A stretch of 64,000 nucleotides of DNA, from positions 9,176,001-9,240,000 of the forward strand of contig OX597824.1 of NCBI GenBank assembly GCA_951406725.2, read 5' to 3'. The position numbers and the translations under genes are program-made. This document shows, one piece after another, positions 39,138-54,235 of this stretch. The notes under the pieces are model-generated. The model ran no database searches. It had not been told where the DNA came from and saw only the letters and a program-made list of their open reading frames with translations. How positions within the stretch are numbered: position 1 is the first letter of the stretch; every line of letters begins with the position of its first letter. Source of the DNA: Octopus vulgaris (lineage: Eukaryota).

Positions 39138-39369
39138 ATTTCTTTACTACCCACAAGGGGCTAAACACAAAGGGGACAAACAAGGACAGACAAGCGGATT
39201 AAGTCGATTATATCGACCCCAGTGCGTAACTGGTACTTAATTTATCGACCCCGAAAATATGAAAGGCAAAGTCAACCTCGGCGGAATTTGAACTCAGAAC
39301 GTAACGGCAGACGAAATACCATTAGGCATTTCGCCCGGCGTGCTAACGTTTCTGCCAGCTCGCCGCCTT
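39138..39369 (-). mobile_element. SINE family A monomer
   Basis: Reverse complement of the consensus. Confidence 0.92.
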
Positions 39370-39657
39370 GAATTTATAATGAAGTGCCAATTTAGAGCGT
39401 TGTATAATTAACGATTGTGTCTTTTCTTTGGTTTGTTTAACTGAAATTTTTTTCCTGAATCGATTCCACTAAATCTCCTTTTCAAACAATTGTATTATCG
39501 CTAATACAAGACAAGAAGGAAACCCCGGGTGCTTTCCGGGTAATATTATTCTAGGTATAGTAGATTTGTAAAACACGGGTTTAGTATATCTAGACGAAGT
39601 TTCATTCTAGGTCTCCTGTATTATAACTTGCGCTAGGCTTAGCAACAGAAATCGCAG

Positions 39658-40040
39658 TGGAGGCGCAATGGCCCAGTGGTTAGGGCAGCGGACTCGCGGT
39701 CGGAGGATCGCGGTTTCGATTCCCAGACCGGGCGTTGTGTGTGTTTATTGAGCGAAAACACCTAGAGCTCCACGGGGCTCCGGCAGGGGGTGGTGGCGAC
39801 CCCTGTTGTACTCTTTCGCTCCAAATTTCTCTCACTCTTTCTTCTTGTTTCTTATCCCCGACTTCCTACGCAACCGCTGAGCTTAGATGCGCATTCATCC
39901 ATCCGTCGATACTCTCGGTGTCGGGGGTTGACCTGCTTTCTTTTCTGCGGGTCTTACGAATAGCAAAGGACCACATTTCGGGCTTCTCCCACTCTGAGAC
40001 GAAGACTGCTTCGCTCAACAAACAAACAAACAAACAAACA
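39658..40040 (+). mobile_element. SINE family C, (AAAC)n-tailed form
   Basis: A box tggcccagtgg, B box gtttcgattcc; TSD aacagaaat.gca. Confidence 0.88.
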
Positions 40041-40610
40041 GAACAGAAATGGCAACAAGAAAGTTTCTTAGTTCAAAGAAACCAACGTAAAAACTAATTT
40101 GAAAGCGATGTTCTAGTATGGCCGTTGCTGTCGTGGTTAAAATAAACTACAGAACCACAGAGAAGCATAAGCTGACGGCAGTAAGAGTTGCGACTAGATG
40201 TCGATAGATGTCGATTCTCTGTTGATTTTAATTTCAATCACGCTTCAATGACATTTATCCGATGCCACAGGGAAATGCAGTTTTCTTTTCTTTTTTTTTT
40301 TCTCTTCTATCTTACTCTGAAGTCAAATATGATGCTTCTGATCACGGAAAATGAAAACTTGGAATTTGGTTGCGCTAATGCGTGCAATAAATATCAATAT
40401 TTTTATTTTTTTTTTTAGACAAACAAAATGAAGCCACATTGAAATCGTCTCGTTAATTGAAAAGCCCAACAAATGTCTTTCTCATTTTCTCATGGACGCA
40501 TTGCGGATACTGGTAGAGATTGCTTCTTTGTTAGAAATGTATTCCACACGACGAAACAGCATTCGTGAATCATTTCATTAAACTAACCAACTGGTGCCAT
40601 ATTTAAGCAT

Positions 40611-40695
<85 letters not shown>

Positions 40696-41739
40696 AAACA
40701 CATTTCATAAGATAGCCATATCGCCTCTTTTCCTACGAACATGAAAGGTTACGTTTTATAATATATTTTACTAGCGACATTTCAACTATTATATTTGATA
40801 GTGTGTTTTAATATTGGTGATATGATCTTTGCATGAATTTCATTAAATCATTCCTTGCTTTCGTCTGGACATTGTGAGAACAGATTTTGCTTTCGGGGGA
40901 AAGTAGATAAATATCTGTCACTCACCTTACTGTTTAGTGCACTACTGATAAATATTTACATACGGATATTCATATTTTAGACAAAAATCAAACGAGATGG
41001 GCTGGCAGTGTTGTTAAAACGTTTGATCAAATGCGTCGTTTTATATGTTTCAGATCTCTGCGCTCTTAGTTCAAATCCCACAACAGTCCATAACGTTTTT
41101 CATACTTTCGGTTTGCTAAAAAAATATCGGAACTAATACTGGTACAATTAGATTTCCATCAAGCATTAACATCCTTCGGTTTGATCCCCACTGCCGCTTG
41201 ACAGTCGTCCTAGGTCTATTTACGTCCCCATATCTACAGCCATTTTGGCATTCTAATTATTCTGCTAATCAACCACTCTTAAACGTGTTAATAATTCTCC
41301 TGGTTTTGATTCAGATTATATCAACGTCCCTCAATAGCAGACTCGAACATTAATGGGTCTCACTTATTATAACATAATTATTGATTATTTGACAAACTGA
41401 TCAAAGAATTCGGAGTTCATGCTCGGATTTCTGTTGATCCTCAGGGAATGTCACCTATAACAGAGGGGTGTCTAATCCATTAAAATATTTATATTGCTTC
41501 TATTTAAAGCCATCAAATCGGAGCTAAGCAAAAGCTCCTGAATATTTCAGTTGAATTAAGGATTAGATAATATGACATTTCCATTGAATATAAAGGATTG
41601 TTCAGTTGGCAGAGTTGTTAAATCTTTCGGCAATAAATCATTCGGTATTAAGATACGATCACTTATGCGGTGAGTTCAAATCCCACTAAAGTGAATTTTG
41701 GTTTTCTTATTTCCTATTTCTGAGTTCAGCGAAATAAAG

Positions 41740-41902
41740 GCGCGGATGTGGCTGTGTAGTAAGAAGCTTGCTTATCAACCACATGGTTTCGGGTTCGGCC
41801 CCACTACGTGGCACTTTCGGTGAATCTCTTCTATTATAGCTTCGGGCCGACCAAAGCTTTGTGAGTGAATTTGCTAGGCGGAAAATGAAAGAAGCCTGTC
41901 CC
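41740..41902 (+). mobile_element. SINE family B head
   Basis: gtggctgtgtagtaagaagcttg...gggccgaccaaagctttgtgagtg. Confidence 0.85.
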
Positions 41903-41905
41903 ATA

Positions 41906-41939
<34 letters not shown>

Positions 41940-42299
41940 CATATATATATATGGCAGCACCCTAGCCACTGAGCTATGATAATATATATTCTCCGATTTA
42001 AAGTGAAATTGATTGAAAAAAGATAAGTTAACCCTAGCCAGAATCGAACCCACATATCAAGCTTACACGGCTACATGTACTCTGGTTGGGCCAAACGCTC
42101 CACCATCACTTTCAGCCAAATTCTACCTATGTATACTTGAACTGTCTAATATTATATATAATATTTATAAACAAACCAGAAATCTTTGTAAGATACAGAG
42201 AGAAAGCGTCTCTGGATGGCTATAAATCCAGAGAGAGACAAAGTGAGAAAGAGTGAGAGAGAAAGAGAAAGAAAGAAATAGATGGATAGATAGACAGAT

Positions 42300-43130
42300 A
42301 CATGCATGCTTGCATACATACATACATACCTACATACATACATATATATATACATTCATACGTACATACATACATACAAACATACATACATACATACATA
42401 CATACATTCATACATACATACATACATACATACATACATACATACATACATAATACATACATACATACATACATGCATACATACATACATACATACATGC
42501 ATACATACATAATACATACATACATACATACATACATACATACATACATACCTACATACATACATGCATACATACATACATACATACATGCATAATACAT
42601 ACATACATACATACATACATACATAATACATACATACATACATACATACATACATACATGCATACATACATACATACATACACACATACATACATACACA
42701 CACATACGTACAAACATACATACATATATACATACATACATACATACATACATACATACATAATACATACATACATACATACATACATACATACATACAT
42801 ACATACATACATGCATACATACATAATACATACATACATACATACATACATACATACATACATACATACATACATACATACATACATACATGCATACATA
42901 CATACATACATACATACATACATAATACATACATACATACATACATACATACATGCATACATACATACACGCATACATACATACATGCATACATACATAC
43001 ATACACACACATACGTACAAACATACATACATACATACATACATACATACATACATACATACATACATACACACACATACGTACATACATACATACATAT
43101 ATACATACATACATACATACATACATACAT
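42300..43130. repeat. (ACAT)n microsatellite, about 830 bp
   Basis: Directly visible. Confidence 0.97.
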
Positions 43131-43548
43131 GTGTACCTGAGTTTTGTTATTCATATGTAAAATTTTAAACACACATTTCTTCATTTTTCAATTTGCTAAC
43201 AAAAGTACGCACGCATACACACACACACACACAGATACACACACATACTCATATGTGAGTGTGTACGTGTGAGATCACGCGCGTGCACGTGTGGGAGTGT
43301 GCCGTGTGCATAAGTCTGTGCGCATTGTCAACTGTTGAAGAAGGTAAACTGAAAAATCTTATCATTCGTTCTTGAAACCGTTCGGAATTGTGAAGTAATT
43401 TCATAAAACTATTATTATGAGCAAATGAAATTTGTTTATGGAAAATTACTCCAGATTTAGGTCATTGATCGATCTTGTGACGTGAACAAATACGCCGATC
43501 ATTACTCAAGCCTCAATTATTAGCATTACTTTGATTAATATCTGTAAG

Positions 43549-43764
43549 AAGGCATCGAGCTGGCAGAATCGTTAGCACGCCGGGCGAAATTCTAAACGGT
43601 ATTTCGTCAGTTTTTATGTTCTGAGTTCAAATTCCGCCGAGGTCGACTTTGCCTTTCATCCTTTCGGGGTCGATTAAATAAGTACCAGTTGTGTACTGGA
43701 GTCAATCTAAGCGACTGGCCCACTCCGCCAATATTTCAGGCCTTGTGCCTAGAGTAGAAAAGAA
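43549..43764 (+). mobile_element. SINE family A monomer, tail type 2
   Basis: Consensus head and core; ends gccttgtgcctagagtagaaaaga. Confidence 0.88.
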
Positions 43765-43943
43765 TATGTCGAAAACAGTGAAAACAGTGACCCATCATGG
43801 CCATATTCCAATGACTGAAACCATTTCTACAAATAAAAAAAATAGTCCTCGTTTACCACAATAATAGTCTCATATTTGATATATTTTTTATCATCACTTT
43901 GGTGAATTAATAGATTTAAAACTCTACAGGTTTAGAAATATAT

Positions 43944-44090
43944 AGATTTCTTTATTGGCCATGCGGGGCTAAGCACAGAAGGAACAAAATACAAAGTGGA
44001 ACTTTTCTTTTTGGGAAGAAGAGAAGGGGGAAAATGAGGGGCGAAAAGAAGTTGTGGCTATCGTCTATGGGACCTGGTCAGCGATTAATT
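43944..44090 (-). mobile_element. 3' end of a non-SINE retroelement sharing the SINE A type-1 tail
   Basis: Minus strand ...tttgttccttctgtgcttagccccgcatggccaataaagaaat, preceded by unrelated pyrimidine-rich sequence. Confidence 0.55.
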
Positions 44091-44299
44091 AAGTGAGCCT
44101 GTTGTCAAAGACATTGCCTCTGATTTCAGTCATGACCATCCAAGCTTAATCAGGACTACATTATTCAATACGTCGTCTTATGCTTCGATAAGACCGCAGA
44201 GTATGAAGTCCGAATCCGATTTGGCTGCTATTTCTATTGTCAGTTCCAGCTTCAAAAGGACGTCGAGAGGATGACGAGGGGAGGCGTGACACGTTGACT

Positions 44300-44985
44300 A
44301 AGAATATGAATATGATGAGGAAGAGGAGGGGGAATATGAGAATGAGAAGGGGGCGGAGGGGGAGCAAGGAATGAGGAAGTGGAAGGGAAGAGGAAGGGGT
44401 AGAAGAAGGAGAGGAAAGAGGATTCAGAGGAAGAGGAAGGGTAAGTAGAGGAGAAAGAGAAGTAGAGAAGGAAGAGAAGGATGTGGAGGAGGTGATGGAG
44501 GAGGAGGAAATGGAGGAGGAGGAAATGGAGGAGGAGGAAGATTAGCAGGAAGATGGAGATGTTGGTGGCGATGGTAGGACGAAGGGTATAGATGGCGGTG
44601 ACGGTGAAGGAGGGGTGGTGAAGAAGACGATGATTATGATGACGACGATGATTATGGTAATGATGATGATGATGACGATGACGACGTCGATAATGAAGAT
44701 AATGACAACGACGACGACGACGCAGATGATGATGATGACGACGATAAGGAAGAAGTTATTTTTGCTGCTGATGATGATGTTTGACGTCGTTGACCAGCAA
44801 CATTTCGGTTACTACCGAGACCAGAAAAATCTCAGTGATTGCTGCCACCACTACCACCACTACCACCACCACCACCACCACCACTACCGCCGCCGCCACC
44901 ACCACCACCACCACCACCACCTCCACCGCCGCCACCACCACCACCACCAACACTTCTATTACTACGACGACGATGACGACAATGG
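44300..44985. repeat. Purine-rich, (GAT/GAC)n and (CAC)n low-complexity block
   Basis: Directly visible. Confidence 0.9.
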
Positions 44986-45360
44986 CAACTGATCAACAAC
45001 ACAAGGTATTATTGTCTGACAAACACATAAATATAAAAGAGAAGAAAAACAAACTAAAATAAAAGAAAAACAGCAAAGCTCATGGTTGTTGTAGCTGTTG
45101 TTGTTGTTGTTGTTGTTGTGGTTGTTATTAGAAAAATCCAGGTTTATTGTGGCCTGAAAGAACATCATATCTTATTTAGTACTAAATGTAATCAATAGAT
45201 TCACACTTGCTTCCAGGAAACGATAACTTCGTTTTCACGTCGAAAGAAAAAAAAAGGAAAAATAGACAAGTGAAAAGAATTCCATTTGTGTCGCAATAAA
45301 CATCAACAATCAACAATATTATTTTGTGTGTATTGTCGTATACTTAATTCGAAATATAAT

Positions 45361-45391
<31 letters not shown>

Positions 45392-45603
45392 GCTTAATAT
45401 CTCATACAAAATAATGGATATTAAAGGAGAAGAAAACACGGATATGAATTGAAAGCACATACTGTATACACCCGGTAAACACAATGTAAAATCATTTTTT
45501 TGCTCTGAATTATTAACAATGAAATGGATGTAGATAGGTGTACACACAAACGTATATGAATGTATAAACGTGTGTACGTCTCTCTATATTTATACATAGA
45601 TGC

Positions 45604-45679
<76 letters not shown>

Positions 45680-45714
45680 GTGTGTATATGTGTGTGTGTG
45701 TTGTGTGTATGTAA

Positions 45715-46800
45715 GTATTAGTAGAAACACGGATAAACGCAAGTAGGCGTAATGAGTTTATTGATATATGGAATTTAAAACAGAGTGCGTGATAAAGAAG
45801 ACGAAATAAACCGAATGCTTGACGTAGGAGCCTAATGCTGACAACTAACAGCTGTTTCGGGTGAATCATGGCTTATGTTGTAATCCTATTGATTACGTAA
45901 TAAAGACCCATACTGTTGTAGGTGTATGGAATACGTTCCAATTGAACCATTCGGCAAAGTCAGGTAATCCTCACCGGAAAAAATGTGACTAAAAGTGGCT
46001 TCTCGTAGAAGTTTTTATCAATATATAAATTGAAAGGGAGCGGAGTGGAACAAAGGAAACACAGGGGGATGGAAAGATGAAAAGAGGGAGGGGTGTGGGG
46101 TAATGAAAAAGAAGTTAGTACTATGGAGACGTCAGTTGGGAATGACCAAGGGAGAGTTAAATTAGATTACAGGGGAGGAAGTGAACAAAATCACAGGGCA
46201 GTGTGTGAACGTTTAGTCAAGTGGCTCTCAACCAATTCATGCCTGTGCACCCCTTCGATTCCTATTTGGAATCTACTAGACTACCACAGACATTCGCAAA
46301 TCTTACTGTATTTTTATAATCCAATTTTATTAATTGTACAAATATATATATAAAATAGTTGATGTATTTTAGACGAATAACCAATTTATTGCACGTAAAT
46401 TTTAGCAGCAAAATCTGATTTGGATCCACAAATGGTATATCGACCCTGGTTGAGGACTACTGGTGTAGACAATACCAGGGAAAGCTTAATGGTAAATTTC
46501 AATGACAGAGTGAAACATATGAAAGCAGCGGGAACAATGGAGTGAACGCACAAACTGCTTATTAGACTGGGAGCACGCCGGCTTTAACGGCCGAACTGCT
46601 TTTTTGTCTTTCTTCTCATTACGCTGGTAATCTATAGGGTAAAAAAATTGAAATTAAAATCAAATACACAGCATTGTTAGACGGTTCTGAAATGGGAGAT
46701 CTCATAGACCGGCAGATGGGGGAGAGAATACGAAATGGAATGTTGCACAGTTGAAGTAAGCGAGAAATCAGCAAATGACATACAGGTCCTTCTTTTATCC
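45715..46800 (-). mobile_element. Decayed Penelope-like 3' region with long-stem-II hammerhead remnant
   Basis: Minus strand CCGGTGA ggat...(about 110 nt)...c GAAAC agct GTT (about 45848-45977); 3' end at a TG/TA tract; weak SNNAVYLI motif upstream. Confidence 0.4.
46219..46462. mobile_element. hAT (Charlie-type) MITE
   Basis: TIRs agtggctctcaacca / tggttgaggactactg; 8-bp TSD gtttagtc / gtgtagac with central TA. Confidence 0.7.
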
Positions 46801-46882
46801 CAATAGCAGCCTATGCCTTAAAAAGAGTGGACCCTAAAAGCCGATGGTACACATCAACTATGTAAGTATACACACACACACA

Positions 46883-47010
46883 CAGTGGCTTAGTGGTTAG
46901 ATGCGTTTGCATTCACAGTCGTGAGTTCCTCGTTTCAATTCCTAGACCGGGTGTGCGTGTTACTCTTGTGCAAAATACTTCAATTCCCGTTGCTCCAGTC
47001 CACTCAGCTG
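46883..47010 (+). mobile_element. Old tRNA-SINE head
   Basis: gtggcttagtggttag A box, gtttcaattcc B box, gttgctccagtccactcagctg. Confidence 0.55.
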
Positions 47011-47013
47011 TAT

Positions 47014-47063
<50 letters not shown>

Positions 47064-47074
47064 CCATGATGATA

Positions 47075-47883
47075 TGTATGTACTAGAAGTCCATTTAATT
47101 CAAGGAACCAGATTAAATGCTCATCAGCTCTGATTTACAACACATTAGGTCCCCAGACGAAACTGTTGATTTACTGACAATTCTACAACTAAATTTTATC
47201 AATCTCCTGACCACCATGCTTGGTCCGTAACCTCTATACATCCCTTATCTTTACATCCTTTTACATTTTTATCATGTTTTTATCATGTTTTTTTTACTTT
47301 TATTTCTATTTCTATTTTTACTTTATAACCTTATGCCTTTACATTTATTTATATTTCTTTATATTTCTTTATATTCTTTATACCCCCTTTACATCTCCTT
47401 ATAACTCTTTATATCTTTATGCTCTACATTTTTATATTTTTCTATACTTACACTTTTTATACATTTTTTATCCTTCGTCCCGAATTCTCGCCCTCCATCT
47501 TCACGTCTATATATGTATTTATTTATTTACATTACCTCAACATCCAATTTTCCTCATTCTACATTGAGAGAAGAAAGAGATGGACGCTTCAATTCTATGC
47601 TGCTGCCGCATTATGTCGTACGCGAATGAGAGGATTTGCATCCCCAACCAAGAATTTTTTATGTAACACATGTCCTTGTGGAAGCTGTTGTGCGCGGCTG
47701 AAGAAGGCCACAGACATACATTATGCATTGTTATAAATCTGTCTAATAAAGGCCCGAAACATATGTACCGCTGAATCCTTCGCATCATGTTTTTATTTTA
47801 TTTTATTTTGATCAATTTACTCCACCACCTACACCACCAAACGGTATACACAGGTGCTTATAATTATCAAGTACTCACCCCGA

Positions 47884-47888
<5 letters not shown>
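47075..47888 (+). ncRNA. Penelope-like terminal region, family P6, with intact-looking hammerhead
   Basis: gcgg CTGAAGA a ggcc ...ggcc c GAAAC atat GTA ccgc (47694-47771); island bounded by (TA)n. Confidence 0.8.
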
Positions 47889-47914
<26 letters not shown>

Positions 47915-47917
47915 GAT

Positions 47918-48425
<508 letters not shown>

Positions 48426-48495
48426 ATATGTATGTATTCTGATCCCCCCTTCGGTCACGACTGACCATGGGATTGCACCTAGAAAATTAAAGAAC

Positions 48496-48564
<69 letters not shown>

Positions 48565-49092
48565 GAGAGAGAAAGAGAGAGACAGAGACAGAGAGAGGAG
48601 TGAGTAAAAGAGAGGAGAGAGATACATACGCCCACACACACACATCCAAGATTGTGTGTGTGTGCCGACAGTTGTGTGTCTTACTTTCTCATAAAGTATA
48701 TAAAATAAAGGTCTAATAAAAAAAGATAATAAAATACAAATAAAAACAGAAATAAATTCCAAAAATAGAAATGGTTAGATACGAGACTTACTTAAAACAA
48801 TACTAGGGAAGATTTGGTCACAAAAAAACCATTAAAGCGGTGACTGGGGTTAGCTGAATCCAATTACGAATACGAGTAGGAGTATAAATGAATAAAGGAA
48901 TTAAAGAATACTGTATCTCATTGATACATGAATGTTAATGTCACGCTAGTGATCGATATATTGAGATTTGACTAAGGAAATTATATGAAAATTTAATTAT
49001 ATTTGAAACAGTACAATCTATATGTACATATATTAAAATAAATATCAGCTTCATACTCGAGAGTTTTAGATCTCAATAATTCATTTATTATA

Positions 49093-49483
49093 GGCACAGG
49101 AGTGGCTGTGTGGTAAGTAGCTTGTTTACCAACCACATGGTTCCGGGTTCAGTCCCACTGTGTGGCACCTTGGGCAAGTGTCTTCTACTATAGCCTCGGG
49201 CCGACCAAAGCCCTGTGAGTGGATTTGGTAGGCGGAAACTGAAAGAAGCCCGTCGTATATATGTATATATATATGAGTGTATGTGTGTCTGTGTTTGTCC
49301 CCCTAGCATTGCTTGACAACCGATGCTGGTGTGTTTATGTCCCCGTTACTTAGCAGTTCGGCAAAAGAGACCGATAGAATAAGTACTGGGCTTACAAAAG
49401 TCCCGGGATCGAATTGCTCGATTAAAGGCGGTGCTCCAGCATGGCCGCAGTCAAATGACTGAAACAAGTAAAAGAGGAAAGAG
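49093..49483 (+). mobile_element. SINE family B, full length
   Basis: Near-identical to 29040-29466. Confidence 0.92.
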
Positions 49484-49660
49484 TATATGTTATACATTAC
49501 ACGAAGCCGCTACCGCCGAGATCGACTTTGCCATTCATCATTACGAGGTTGATAAATTAAGTAGTAGGGGCTTACTGGGGACTATGTAATCGACGGCCCA
49601 TCTCCACAAAAACTTCGGGCCTTGTGTCTAGAGTAGAAAAGATACTTCCTCCTTTTTTTA

Positions 49661-50025
49661 AAGGCGGCGAACTGGCAGAAATGTTAGCACGCCAGGTGAA
49701 ATGCTTATTTCGCCTGCCGCTACGTTCTGAGTTCAAATTCCGCCGAGGTCAACTTTCATTCTTTCAGGGTTACGCACTGGGGTCGATATAATCGACTTAA
49801 TCCGTTTGTCTGTCCTTGTTTGTCCCCTCTGTGTGCAGCCCCTTGTGGGCAGTAAAGAAATAGGTATTTCGTCTGCCGTTACGTTCTGAGTTCAAATTCC
49901 GCCGAGGTCAACTTTCATTCTTTCAGGGTTACGCACTGGGGTTGATATAATCGACTTAATCCGTTTGTCTGTCCTTGTTTGTCCCCTCTGTGTGCAGCCC
50001 CTTGTGGGCAGTAAAGAAATAGATA
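49661..50025 (+). mobile_element. SINE family A dimer with shared internal deletions
   Basis: Both units read gaggtcaactttcattctttcagggttacgcactgggg; junction gaaatag/gtatttcg at about 49863. Confidence 0.9.
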
Positions 50026-50862
50026 TTCGCTAAATGTGCATTTGAGAGCACATTCACCATTCCATAGCAAAACCGTTCTGCTACACTTTGACGAGTTTTG
50101 ATATCTTGGCATCTGAAGCAGCCGAAGGTACGATAGTTTAACCAAAAGAACCGACCATTGCAAGCAAAAATAAATATTGAAAGAAAGGCATTTGGCCAAA
50201 TTTGGAAATACAACAGCAACGATAATATCAACGATGTATTCTCGAAGAGAATTAGCGTGCACATGTTGTACTTAGGTTTCGTTCTTCGTCTGGCATTTGT
50301 TCCTCAACATAACATATATCTCAGGCGCCACAGTTTGCAAAATTTTCAAAATGACTGCTCATGTAACACGTGAAACCTTCATATTCAAATACAATATGTG
50401 CCTTATGAAGTCGTATATTGCAGTGTGTTCGCATGGATTACGTATTATTCTGCAGCGTGTTTAGATGCTTACCTGAAAGTATGTTTTAATTAGTATTAAG
50501 TAACGAATTAAGCGTAATTGTTTCATTAACATTTATATACTAATAGGTTATATGGTTGTACATCACAAGGTTTTATCATGACCTATGCAGACACACATAC
50601 ACATATGCGCGTACACACACATGCATATCGTTGGTAGTTCCCATATAAGCGAAAAAGAAACACAATCTAAAACTTTATGTCCTAAACCAATGACCACTCT
50701 AAGACCATCCATAACTTTTACCTAATTAATATGTGTGTGTGTATATGTGTATGTTTGTGCACATATAACTATATAAGTAATACTTGTATGTATATCACTA
50801 TATATATATATTTAAACACACACATGCACACATATAGATAGATAGTTGAACATACAAATATA

Positions 50863-51045
50863 TGTCGGCTTCAGTTCGTATCCGAGAATTGGGTTTGTTA
50901 GTTTCCGTCCAGTCTCATCGGCTGATGTTTGTGCCAAAAGTGACTTTCGAGTCCAACTCGGTGGTGTAAGGGTCGTGCGCAAACTTGCACGGGATGGTCG
51001 GTGCTGGTCGAGAATGTTGAAGACGTTCCTTTCTTCCACTTCAAG
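50863..51045 (-). mobile_element. RTE (BovB-like) LINE 3' end
   Basis: HPVQVCARPLHHRVGLESHFWHKH resembles the C..C.R....R.GL.SH zinc-finger C-terminus; short 3' UTR. Confidence 0.6.
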
Positions 51046-51069
51046 TATATGTATATGCACACGTGTGTA

Positions 51070-51125
<56 letters not shown>

Positions 51126-51685
51126 GTGTTTGAGTGTGTGTACATGTGTTTGAGAGTATGTGTGCATGGGTGCAAAGCATTAATATAATTATAGCATTCA
51201 TAGAAATATACGAGAAGCGAAGTGGAATTGAAGAACAGGCGACAGAGAATGGATGGAAGATTAACTTACAAGACACCAATTTAGTTTTTGTACTCTGTTT
51301 TTGTTTGTTTTTATTTATTTTTTTTTTTCATTAAGAAATCTTAAAGATGATGAAATACAATAATACGTAGCCAGTCGCAGTCTCGATGTTATAATATCAC
51401 ATAAGCCTAATGAAGCGAGCATCTCGAAACAAACGAATCAAATAACAATAATGTTTTTGAGGTTAATGTGCAATAGAAATACGATTATTAATAGGTCCTA
51501 TAGTACGGAAATACAGACCAGTATACATAGAACACACAATGAAATGTTGGATAAAATAACAATTGATAGTTTTGAAGATCTTCTGTGGAAGTTACATATT
51601 CCATCAGCATCGATTATATTTCTGGCGCCCGCATAGTCCTGAATGTATATGTGTGTAGGTGAGTGTTTACAGATATATACCTATA

Positions 51686-51784
<99 letters not shown>

Positions 51785-51899
51785 TACTTTACACGTGTAT
51801 ATGTATATGAGTGAGCTTGTGTGTGTGTAAGAAACCTACTTGGAAATGGATGCGAGGCGTTCAATCACATAACAACATTCATAAAACATATATAGATAC

Positions 51900-51989
<90 letters not shown>

Positions 51990-51993
<4 letters not shown>

Positions 51994-52185
51994 ACAGGAC
52001 TCCGCAAAACGTAAACAACATGAAATATGAGCACTGAACGACATGAGGAGCAGATAGACAGCCGACAACTGATGAAGGGCCGTTCTTTATGTTGTCTTGC
52101 TTTCCATTTGTTTTTCCTGTTGTTTGCATACCCAAATCTTTGTTCGTATTTCAAGTTGTTTACATTTTGTGACGTCCTGTATCCA
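51990..52185. mobile_element. TA-flanked element with about 40-bp inverted ends, related to 52360-52530
   Basis: tacaggactccgcaaaacgtaaacaacatgaaata vs tatttcaagttgtttacattttgtgacgtcctgta; shares atga.gag.agataga....acaac.gatgaagg with 52412-52448. Confidence 0.6.
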
Positions 52186-52189
52186 TATA

Positions 52190-52260
<71 letters not shown>

Positions 52261-53794
52261 GCATATATATATATTATTTATATTATATATATGTATGTAT
52301 ATATGTATATATTATATATTATATATATATATATTTATGTATATATATATATGTATAGAATTTTGGGGAGCAAGAGTCTTTGAAGACTCATATTGTCATT
52401 GAATGCTCGAAATGAAGAGTAGATAGATACTCTACAACGGATGAAGGCTCCTTTCTCTGTCTTAACTTGTCCTGCTTTCCATTTTTTTAGTGTTTACGTA
52501 TTTCCTGTTATTTGCACCGGTAGTGTACCCATATATATATATATATATATATATTTTGTTATATATATTTTGGGACGCGATGCATTTATTTCCAAGAATA
52601 TATATATCAATTACTAAACTACTATGAAGAAGTCAAAAGAAAATCACTTGATATGTTTCATTACTGTCACTCATGTTGTGCCATGCAGGTGATTTCCAAA
52701 AGGAATGAAAGAGTGTTATACACGATTAATGAAAATTAGAAATAGCAAAATTTCCGTCACAAGTAAATAATAAATGTGTAAAGGGACATGTGTATTTTAT
52801 GAGTCTTTTTCCTCACTCCTTAATAGCAAACTCATTCTTCTGGCCCAATCAAATATTCTGAAGAAATGATTATCTCCGTTGTCTGGTATGGAACACCGCA
52901 TGTGTGTGTGTGAGTGCTTGTGTGTGTGTGTGTGTGAGTGCTTGTGTCTGTGTGTGTGTGAGTGCTTGTGTCTGTGTGTGTGTGTGAGTGCTTGTGTCTG
53001 TGTGTGTGTGCAGAGTGAGTGAGAGAGAGAGAGATAGTGAGAGACAGACAGACAGACAGACAGACATAATAATTGAGAAAGCGGCAAGTTAGATTATACA
53101 AATGGTATATAAACAGAATCAATGGTTATATTTTCGCATAGCTCTGATTTAATTTGTAATAACGAAGATACTATAAAACCATTAGTTTATACTCTCCTCC
53201 AGTCAAGCTGAATACGATTCGGAAAATACAAAAAAACTATGGAGGCATATAAATGGTCTCAGCTAAGTGAATTATAACGATCCCTAAAATCTGTAGCGCT
53301 GAGTCAATACTATAAATAATTTCTATTTGCTAATATTTAATGGCCAATGATTAGCTGTCTCATATGATAGCTGTCTTCATCCCTGAAACACCCACATTTT
53401 TTTATGTATATTATTTTAATAATGGATGTATTTTTAGAACGCAGTTCCAAAAAAAAAAACAAAAAAAGACTGCTTCATTTCAAAGAGTGAGTGAATTCTC
53501 TGTGGCTTTGTTCTGGAATGGTTTGTCTTTAAACTGTCACAAGAGGATCCTTATTACAAAAATAAGAAAGAAAACAATAATAATCATAAAGGGAAGAAAA
53601 AAAAAATGTGCTTAATTAGAATCTTCGCCAAATAAGTTGTTGCCGGCTCTGCTCGAGATTTTCTCTTCTTCAAAGCTTCTAACCAATTTCTAGTTGTGTG
53701 TAAGGTCAGTGATAATAGAATTAATGCAATATCGATAATGAAAGTAACGTGGTAATGGAACGCGTGGAATTAATGCAATATCGAAAAAGAGTTC

Positions 53795-53829
53795 GATTAC
53801 CATCGTCGTCTTCATCATCGTCGTCGTCG

Positions 53830-53860
<31 letters not shown>

Positions 53861-53870
53861 CATCTTCATC

Positions 53871-53910
<40 letters not shown>

Positions 53911-54177
53911 CCATCATGTTCATCATCATCATCATCATCACTGTCATCATCATCATTATCATCATCGTCTTAATCATCATCATCTTCATCATCATCATCA
54001 TCGTAATCATCATCATCATCATCATCGTAATCATCATCATCATCGTAATCATCATCATCATCATCATCATCACCATCATCATCATCGTCATCATCATCAT
54101 ATTCATCATCTTTGCTACTACCTCACCATCAGCACCATATTCATCAACATCATTATCAGCAACAATAGTAGTAGTAT

Positions 54178-54235
<58 letters not shown>

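Noticed and set aside
39658-39735. tRNA gene
   Set aside because: Has A and B boxes but no proper cloverleaf, and continues into a dispersed SINE body with a TSD
44615-44992. His/Asp/Met-rich protein exon
   Set aside because: Built from (GAT), (GAC) and (CAC) microsatellites, like the rest of the window
50812-51124. Host exon (open in several frames, GC-richer)
   Set aside because: One minus-strand frame matches an RTE C-terminal zinc-finger motif; explained as a LINE 3' end
52066-52080. ctgatga hammerhead core
   Set aside because: No stem II or downstream GAAA-NUH; the related copy reads cggatga
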